Shown here: positions 58,402 through 64,000 of the stretch, piece after piece
Layout: each line of letters starts with the position of its first letter
How positions within the stretch are numbered: position 1 is the first letter of the stretch
Assembly: GCA_049578505.1 (NCBI GenBank)
Contig: JBAUMC010000096.1
Location: 26,693 to 90,692, forward strand
DNA from: Bacteroidota bacterium
GTDB lineage: Bacteria > Bacteroidota > Ignavibacteria > UBA10030 > UBA8401
Direction: 5' to 3'
DNA length: 64,000 bases
Translations under genes and position numbers: made by a program
Notes under the pieces: generated by a model
Seen by the model: the letters and a program-made list of their open reading frames with translations, nothing else
What the model was told of the DNA's origin: nothing
Databases searched by the model: none

Positions 58402-58685
58402 AATTTGGATATTGAATTAATAAATTAGTACACACGCATCCACTTAAGAGAAGTAATTAGCGTTTTCAGTAAGCTCATCGGGTTTTGAAGTTCGCAGCTT
58501 CTTAAACGAGAGAAGTAATATCAGCTTCCTCAACCTCGACCCTGATATTGTTCAACAAGTAAACTGCGATATTCTCGGTGCATTGGTCTCAAAATTCGAG
58601 GGACAAATAACTGTTGCCGACAAAAGAAATGCGTTTACTGATTTTGGTAAGTCAGGGCAGGTACGATTTGATTTTACATTGAAGC

Positions 58686-59186
58686 TTAGTCCAGCATCTT
58701 CTGTAAAATGTGGACATCGAGCAATTTCCCAAATTTCCTCCCCACTTCCTTCATTGTTCCTACATACACAAAGCCAGCGCTTTCGTTGAGATGAAGGCTT
58801 TCTTGGCTTCCTTCTGCAACGCGAGCGATGAGTGTGTGAAATTGTCGTTTGCGAGCTTCTTCGATAATAGCTTCTTTGAGCAGTCGGCCAATTCCTTGAC
58901 CTCGATGTTCTGACTTCACATAGAAAGAGGTTTCAGCGGTGTCCTCATAGGCAGGGCGGTCAGACCATTTGGTTAGAGACGCCCAACCTATGACGCTTCC
59001 CTCGACCGTCGCAACCAAGATTGGATGCCTCTCACCGTGAGTGTTAAACCATGCTAACCGTTCGGCTATCGTCTTGGGTTCTGTGTCGAATGTTGCCGTG
59101 GTGGTTACTATCGCCTCGTTATAGATCGCCGTAATGGATTCTACATCTTCAGGAAAGGCTCGCCTAATTTGGACTCGTGGATTCAT
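58686..59186 (-). CDS. GNAT N-acetyltransferase (phosphinothricin/methionine-sulfoximine acetyltransferase-like)
   Basis: IRRAFPEDVESITAIYNEAI..TTATFDTEP and the HRGQGIGRLL acetyl-CoA motif. Confidence 0.8.
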   Translation of the reverse strand: MNPRVQIRRAFPEDVESITAIYNEAIVTTTATFDTEPKTIAERLAWFNTHGERHPILVATVEGSVIGWASLTKWSDRPAYEDTAETSFYVKSEHRGQGIGRLLKEAIIEEARKRQFHTLIARVAEGSQESLHLNESAGFVYVGTMKEVGRKFGKLLDVHILQKMLD

Positions 59187-59202
59187 TGAATGGATAGATT
59201 TG

Positions 59203-59778
59203 TCATTGGAGGATTTTCTTTTCTATGCGCCGGTCGGGGACAAGCCACATGATCGCAACGAAAACGTACATCGCGCCTGCAATTCCCGAATTTACGAAGG
59301 AAAGTGCAATTGCTGCGAGGTAAATGACCACTGAAATTTTGCCCTTAAAATCTTTGCCAAGTGCGATTGCCAGAACCGAATCTTTGCCGTGAATTGCCAG
59401 AAGCGCCCGCACAAGGATAAAATACGCAATCGCAGAAAATAAGAGTAATACACCGTACAATGCAACAGGGCCGGATGCAAATTGAGTTTCTCCCATCCAT
59501 CGGGTAACGAAGGGAGTCAGCGATAACCAAAAGAGCAGATGCAGATTAGCCCAAAGGACACGGCCATCCACATGTTTGGCTGCCTGGAACAAATGATGGT
59601 GATTGGTCCAATAGATACCGAGAAATACAAAACTCAGCGCATAGCTTAATAAGATCGGCACCAAGGGATACAACTCAGATAAACTATCTCCATGTGGAAT
59701 CCTCAATTCAAGAACCATGATCGTAATTATGATGGCGATGACGCCATCGCTGAAGGCCTCTAACCGTCCTTTGGTCAT
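59203..59778 (-). CDS. TMEM175-family (DUF1211) potassium channel
   Basis: The RLEAFSDGVIAIIITIMVLE signature on TM1. Six TM segments. Confidence 0.8.
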   Translation of the reverse strand: MTKGRLEAFSDGVIAIIITIMVLELRIPHGDSLSELYPLVPILLSYALSFVFLGIYWTNHHHLFQAAKHVDGRVLWANLHLLFWLSLTPFVTRWMGETQFASGPVALYGVLLLFSAIAYFILVRALLAIHGKDSVLAIALGKDFKGKISVVIYLAAIALSFVNSGIAGAMYVFVAIMWLVPDRRIEKKILQ

Positions 59779-59886
59779 TCGCGTTCCGTTTAAAATTGTT
59801 CTATTGCCGTCCGCTTGCTTACTTTAACTCCGAGCGATGATCTTCAGCGGTCGCTTCGCCGCATCCAGAAATTGTTCCGCTGTCAG

Positions 59887-60300
59887 TTATTCCTTTGATT
59901 CTATAAAATTGAATTGGTCGTTAAACCTTATGTTGGAAAGGAACCAAAATGACCTGGGTTTATAGAAATAAAATTCCCAGACGGTCGGATGTTTTTCCTG
60001 CTTTAGAATATAGACAAGACGAACAATCGAGGTTCCAAAAGTCTCCTCTTGAATCAACTCGTATCCCAAGATGCTTCCGTAAAGGGGGAGAAGCTTCTCG
60101 GTTTGATTCCTTAAATTTGCAACGGCCTGCGGATTGTCGTTGGAAATAAAGGAGCCTGAAAATAGCTGGTCATAAGAGGCATCGAACCTTTGCCTAGGAA
60201 GGGAATTTAGAAATTGCTCCGCGATTGTCTTTGGCGTAGTTTCCCCTGCGAAGCCAATCAACGGGGCGATTATCAACGATACAATCAATAATCTTTTCAT
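59887..60300 (-). CDS. Hypothetical secreted protein
   Basis: Signal peptide MKRLLIVSLIIAPLIGFAG. No recognisable motif. Confidence 0.5.
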   Translation of the reverse strand: MKRLLIVSLIIAPLIGFAGETTPKTIAEQFLNSLPRQRFDASYDQLFSGSFISNDNPQAVANLRNQTEKLLPLYGSILGYELIQEETFGTSIVRLVYILKQEKHPTVWEFYFYKPRSFWFLSNIRFNDQFNFIESKE

Positions 60301-60376
60301 GGTACCTCCTGTTTGTTATTCACATAGAACGTAATCATTCTCCATAATTGCCGTATAATATGATCCCGCAGCTACA

Positions 60377-60967
60377 TCAACGCGGTTGTTTTACTGCAAG
60401 AAATTCTCCGTTGCCTACTGGCACAAGGCTTGTTGTGAAATCGAGATCTGTTTTTACCAAAGCAATGAGCGGTGCCATCTCTTCCGGGTGAGATATTGCG
60501 TTGTCGACAACGAGTAACCCGCCGGGTCGAAGCGCACGACGCACATCAGGCCACCAGCCTGGATACTCTTTGCGTTCCGAATCGAGGAACACCAGGTCGA
60601 ACGTGCCTGTGCCTAACCCTCGAAGCACCTCGCCTGCATTACCGTGGATGATGTTGATGATGGAGGAAATTCGGGCACGGGTAAAGTTTTCGGAAGCGAG
60701 TTGTATCTTGAATTCCGAATTCTCTATGGTCGTGACCGATCCGCCGATACTTTTTGCCGCTTCCGCAAGCCAAAGAGTCGAATATCCGTTGGATGTGCCG
60801 ATCTCCAACACGCGGCGGCCAAGAATGGTTCGAACGAGAACTGATAAGAATTCGCCCGTATCTCGCGTTATGTTATGCATGCGTCGGGAACGATCGGTAT
60901 GAAGCTCATCATTCGACTTCCCAAAACGCTCAAGTTCGGCGTTCAGAGAATCAAGCAGGTCATCCAT
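60377..60967 (-). CDS. Class I SAM-dependent O-methyltransferase (family 3, caffeoyl-CoA OMT-like)
   Basis: The VLEIGTSNGYSTLWLAEA SAM motif, then FDLVFLDSERKEY and LLVVDN. Confidence 0.8.
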   Translation of the reverse strand: MDDLLDSLNAELERFGKSNDELHTDRSRRMHNITRDTGEFLSVLVRTILGRRVLEIGTSNGYSTLWLAEAAKSIGGSVTTIENSEFKIQLASENFTRARISSIINIIHGNAGEVLRGLGTGTFDLVFLDSERKEYPGWWPDVRRALRPGGLLVVDNAISHPEEMAPLIALVKTDLDFTTSLVPVGNGEFLAVKQPR

Positions 60968-61104
60968 AGAATCATCGATCTACAAATAAATCGCGAGTGA
61001 TCTCATCATAACAGAGGAAAGCAATTTTCATGATGTTCGGTTTCTTCCTCGCATGTTCTTGGAAAAGGGACATTTCCTGAACTCTTTAGTGACGAGAAGG
61101 TGAA

Positions 61105-61443
61105 CTATTTTTGACCGAATTGAATTATCAAACCGCCTAGAATTATCACAACAAGACCAGCCCAGGTAGATGACGGAATATGTTCCTTAAATACAAACCG
61201 TCCATAAAGAATACTAACAGTTCCAAAAATTGCTACATATACTCCGAGCAATTTTGAGAAATCCCATCTTACAAAATTGACTACAAGGCCGTAAAAAGCG
61301 AGGACCACGCAACCCAATATAATAAGAAGGATGCCTGAGCCGCGCAGTCCTTTCCGTATTAAGGCGTCTCCGCTAACTTCTAACACTGCGGCGCCGGAAA
61401 AAATAAGCCAAGAAAAAATGTTGTTCATATGGTAAGTCACCAT
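61105..61443 (-). CDS. Small four-TM DMT/SMR-like membrane protein (YnfA-like)
   Basis: About 110 aa with four hydrophobic helices and a layout similar to UPF0060/YnfA. Assignment is weak. Confidence 0.4.
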   Translation of the reverse strand: MVTYHMNNIFSWLIFSGAAVLEVSGDALIRKGLRGSGILLIILGCVVLAFYGLVVNFVRWDFSKLLGVYVAIFGTVSILYGRFVFKEHIPSSTWAGLVVIILGGLIIQFGQK

Positions 61444-61466
61444 CCTAATAGGTTGATTGCTGGGAG

Positions 61467-63737
61467 TTAGAAGATAAGATCGACATTCAGCCGATAGCCT
61501 CGCGCGGGCTGCGGTACGAAGTCCTTAATAACAGATAGATTGTCCCGGTATAACTGATTAAATAGATTATCGCAGTGAACACTGATGGTGTGTTCCATCC
61601 CTCCACGTGCGAAGCGAATTCCAGCGCCGATATTGACAACGCCGTAACCCGCGGTTGGTGTGTCGCCATCGCCGAGACGATTCTGTCTTGCGGCCAGGCG
61701 CCATTCTACTCTGCCAGAATATGATTCATCCTGATAACTCATGTTGAGCAGCCCGCGCATCGGCGGGGTAAAGGGAAGGGGGACATTATTCTTTGTGTCT
61801 TCCGCATTTAAAAAATCAATGCTCGCTCTCAATGCAATTTTTTGAACAGGCTGCACCATCACCAATGCCTCAAATCCCGTCAATCGCGCATTCGTGGCAG
61901 AGAATTGTCTGACGGGAAACGCTTGCAGGGTATCGCCGGTGAGAAAAGCATAAATGTAATCGTTGATAAAATTCATGTATGGTGAAAGCTCAAATGAGAC
62001 ATTGGTGAAACTCCCTTTCAATGAGGCATCGATACCGATGCCCGTCTCGGGTGTAAGGTTCGCATTGCCGATCGAATACGTCGCGCTAGCTGCATCGAGT
62101 CCGTTTGCGAAGAGTTCTTGCACGGTGGGAGGGCGGAACGAACGGGCAACGCTCACCGAAGCTATGAGTTCTTGCGTCAGCTTTTCAATCGCTCCGAGCG
62201 ATGCCGTTACGGCGTTCGATAGCCGGGCAACATCAAGATTTTGGAAGACCGAATCGGTCGAAGCCGTGTACGGTATGGTGTGAATACGGCTATAATCGTA
62301 GCGGAGTCCAACCTGAAGCCTTGTGTTCTCATCGGCAAGGTATTCTTCATAGATGTAGCCCGCAATTCCTGTTGTGACCGAATTGGGACCTAAGGGCATA
62401 TCTCCTTCGATCGTGAGGTTTTCCACGTTCGTCCATAATCCGGCCACGCCTTGAAATTTTCCAAACTGCTGGTGCTGGAATTGCACTGTGGCGTTAAACG
62501 ATTCTTTGTGAAATTCGTTTGCCTGAGGGTCGGACACGCCGGTTGAGTCTTCCACGGTCGGGTATTCAGAGTGCTTGTAGTCGACGTAGTTCGCATTGAA
62601 CTTACCCTGCTCGATCAGTGTACCATCGATTATGAACAAACTATGCAGTTCGACGGAATTTTTATTCTGGGTAATGCGGGATGTTGCCGGAGATACGTTC
62701 AGCCAGTTCGCGTTCGGCGGCACGCCCGGAATACCGTAGTTCATCTCATAGTGCTTACCGCCGATCCCAATTGCGCCGAAATCATTTTGGTATGAATAGC
62801 CAACGCTCCCTTCCTGCGTATGATTGAATGATTGCGGCATTCGGCTAAGGTCAAATTCCTCGCCGCTTGCAGGATCAACGTATTCGCCCGTCGGAATATG
62901 AATGTCCTGGGAATGAACTCCCCCGGCTGAAACGCTGAGCGCATGGCCGCCGGTGCTGTACACACCATCGAAATAACCCGCATATTCATCGCTCACTGAA
63001 TTTCCCTCGACCGAGACATGCCCTGAAAATGGATTTGTTGAGAAAGTTGGAATCGTGTTTGTGATGACATTGACTAGTCCGCCGATAGTGCTGGGGCCGT
63101 AGAGAATACTCGCCGGCCCCCGAACCACATCGATGTTCGAAATGCTTAAGGCGTCGATTGGTACAGCGTGTGCTGGGTCGTATGTGGAAATATCGCCGGT
63201 CCGAAGGCCATTCTCCAAAATTAGGACTCGATTATCAGAAAGTCCGCGGAGAATGGGACGGGATGGGGCGGAACCATTGCCGCGAACCGAGACACCGGGA
63301 AAGTCCGATATTTTCTCTGCAAAACTTGAGCCGGGGCTATCGTGCAATTCGACCATCTCCTTTGATTCGGCAGATTGATATTGATCGTTCGCTGTTCGTG
63401 CAAAAGGGGATGCTGAAACGACCACTTCTTCTATTCCAATTGCCGATTCGTTCAAGATGAACGTCGCGTCACAATAAGGGCCGTCCATACGAACTGTGTC
63501 CGTTGCCGGGGCATAGCCCATAACACGGACAAAAATGGAATATGTTCCTTTTGGTACATTTGGAAAAATAGCCAGACCTTGAGCATCGGTATGATTTGTT
63601 CTGTCGAGTTCCAATAAATGAACCGAGGCGCCGACAATTGGATTGCCCGACCCCTTCACCGTTACTCTAATTTGTTGAGAATGAAGAGATACAAAATTTA
63701 TCAGAGCGACGAAGAAAATAATAAAAATATTCTTCAT
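61467..63737 (-). CDS. TonB-dependent receptor with an N-terminal carboxypeptidase-regulatory-like domain
   Basis: Signal peptide, IRVTVKGSGNPIVGASVHL..GTYSIFVRVMGY, plug motifs (RGLSDNRVLILENG, IDVVRGPASILYG), a barrel, and a terminal F. Confidence 0.88.
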   Translation of the reverse strand: MKNIFIIFFVALINFVSLHSQQIRVTVKGSGNPIVGASVHLLELDRTNHTDAQGLAIFPNVPKGTYSIFVRVMGYAPATDTVRMDGPYCDATFILNESAIGIEEVVVSASPFARTANDQYQSAESKEMVELHDSPGSSFAEKISDFPGVSVRGNGSAPSRPILRGLSDNRVLILENGLRTGDISTYDPAHAVPIDALSISNIDVVRGPASILYGPSTIGGLVNVITNTIPTFSTNPFSGHVSVEGNSVSDEYAGYFDGVYSTGGHALSVSAGGVHSQDIHIPTGEYVDPASGEEFDLSRMPQSFNHTQEGSVGYSYQNDFGAIGIGGKHYEMNYGIPGVPPNANWLNVSPATSRITQNKNSVELHSLFIIDGTLIEQGKFNANYVDYKHSEYPTVEDSTGVSDPQANEFHKESFNATVQFQHQQFGKFQGVAGLWTNVENLTIEGDMPLGPNSVTTGIAGYIYEEYLADENTRLQVGLRYDYSRIHTIPYTASTDSVFQNLDVARLSNAVTASLGAIEKLTQELIASVSVARSFRPPTVQELFANGLDAASATYSIGNANLTPETGIGIDASLKGSFTNVSFELSPYMNFINDYIYAFLTGDTLQAFPVRQFSATNARLTGFEALVMVQPVQKIALRASIDFLNAEDTKNNVPLPFTPPMRGLLNMSYQDESYSGRVEWRLAARQNRLGDGDTPTAGYGVVNIGAGIRFARGGMEHTISVHCDNLFNQLYRDNLSVIKDFVPQPARGYRLNVDLIF

Positions 63738-63812
63738 GGCGCGAACTTCTTATTTTTCGAGTCCTATTGAATCGCGAGCAATGATATCGGAAGGGGAAAT
63801 AAATAGGAAAGA

Positions 63813-64000
63813 TTAATGAGCCATCGCCGACGGTACGTCCGGATCGATGCTCACTCTGTCGCCAACGTGCAACCATCCACCATCTAAAATATCAGCTCTG
63901 AGTCCGCCTCTATCTTTTAGATGTGTCATAACGTTCCATCCGCTGAGCCGTTCGAGGTGCGAGCAAGGGTGGCACAACCTTACTCCGATCAGCCTGACAT
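63813..64000 (-). CDS. MOSC domain-containing protein, C-terminal part (5' end lies outside the window)
   Basis: The reverse-strand frame is open from the window edge. ...CHPCSHLERL....RGGLRADILDGGWLHVGDRVSI is the MOSC C-terminal pattern. It is absent from the ORF track because it has no start codon inside the window. Confidence 0.65.
   Translation of the reverse strand, partial: VRLIGVRLCHPCSHLERLSGWNVMTHLKDRGGLRADILDGGWLHVGDRVSIDPDVPSAMAH

Noticed and set aside
63738-63812. A cobalamin or other riboswitch upstream of the minus-strand TonB-dependent receptor
   Set aside because: The intergenic region is only 75 nt and lacks B12-box-like sequence.

Overview
This 64 kb window is almost entirely coding. 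It appears to come from a Gram-negative bacterium of the FCB superphylum (Ignavibacteriota / Rhodothermota / Bacteroidota-like). The evidence for that placement is two canonical T9SS C-terminal sorting domains, a PorV/PorQ-like barrel, a GWxTD protein, and an nqo10-14-type complex I operon carrying an NhaD-like gene. I saw no rRNA, tRNA, CRISPR array, transposase, integrase or phage genes. Gene order, left to right: (1) the moaA 3' end; (2) nuoJ-K-L-M, an NhaD-like permease, then nuoN, preceded by a sigma70-like promoter and followed by a terminator; (3) nnr; (4) a CorC/CNNM transporter, an MFS transporter, a TPR + thioredoxin-like protein and an M64 peptidase; (5) a carbamoyltransferase-SxtJ-DUF5989 triad; (6) a roughly 28 kb alpha-glucan utilisation locus headed by a LacI regulator; (7) a GWxTD protein; (8) PyrR-attenuated pyrR-pyrB-pyrC; (9) pgeF-glmS; (10) a Y-x6-K SDR; (11) arfB; (12) a SAM-I riboswitch followed by metY-metX; (13) a minus-strand block of GNAT, TMEM175 channel, hypothetical protein, O-methyltransferase, small DMT-like protein, TonB-dependent receptor and a partial MOSC gene. 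The glucan locus contains a SurA-like PPIase, a TonB-dependent receptor, a 1,234-aa Ca-binding-repeat protein, a PorV-like barrel, a 4x CBM20-like T9SS protein, a GH13, an SGNH-TPR protein, a GH13-T9SS enzyme, a GH57-CBM20 enzyme, two SLC45-like MFS transporters and malEFG without an ATPase gene. The best candidate for something undescribed is the TBDR / giant repeat protein / PorV-like triad, which heads this glucan locus where a SusD-like gene would be expected. Other points of interest are a family of mosaic GC-rich hairpin repeats (three copies), the SxtI/J/K-like triad of unknown substrate, and a perfect 14-bp palindrome that may be an operator. All functional calls rest on motifs read by eye; no database search was run.
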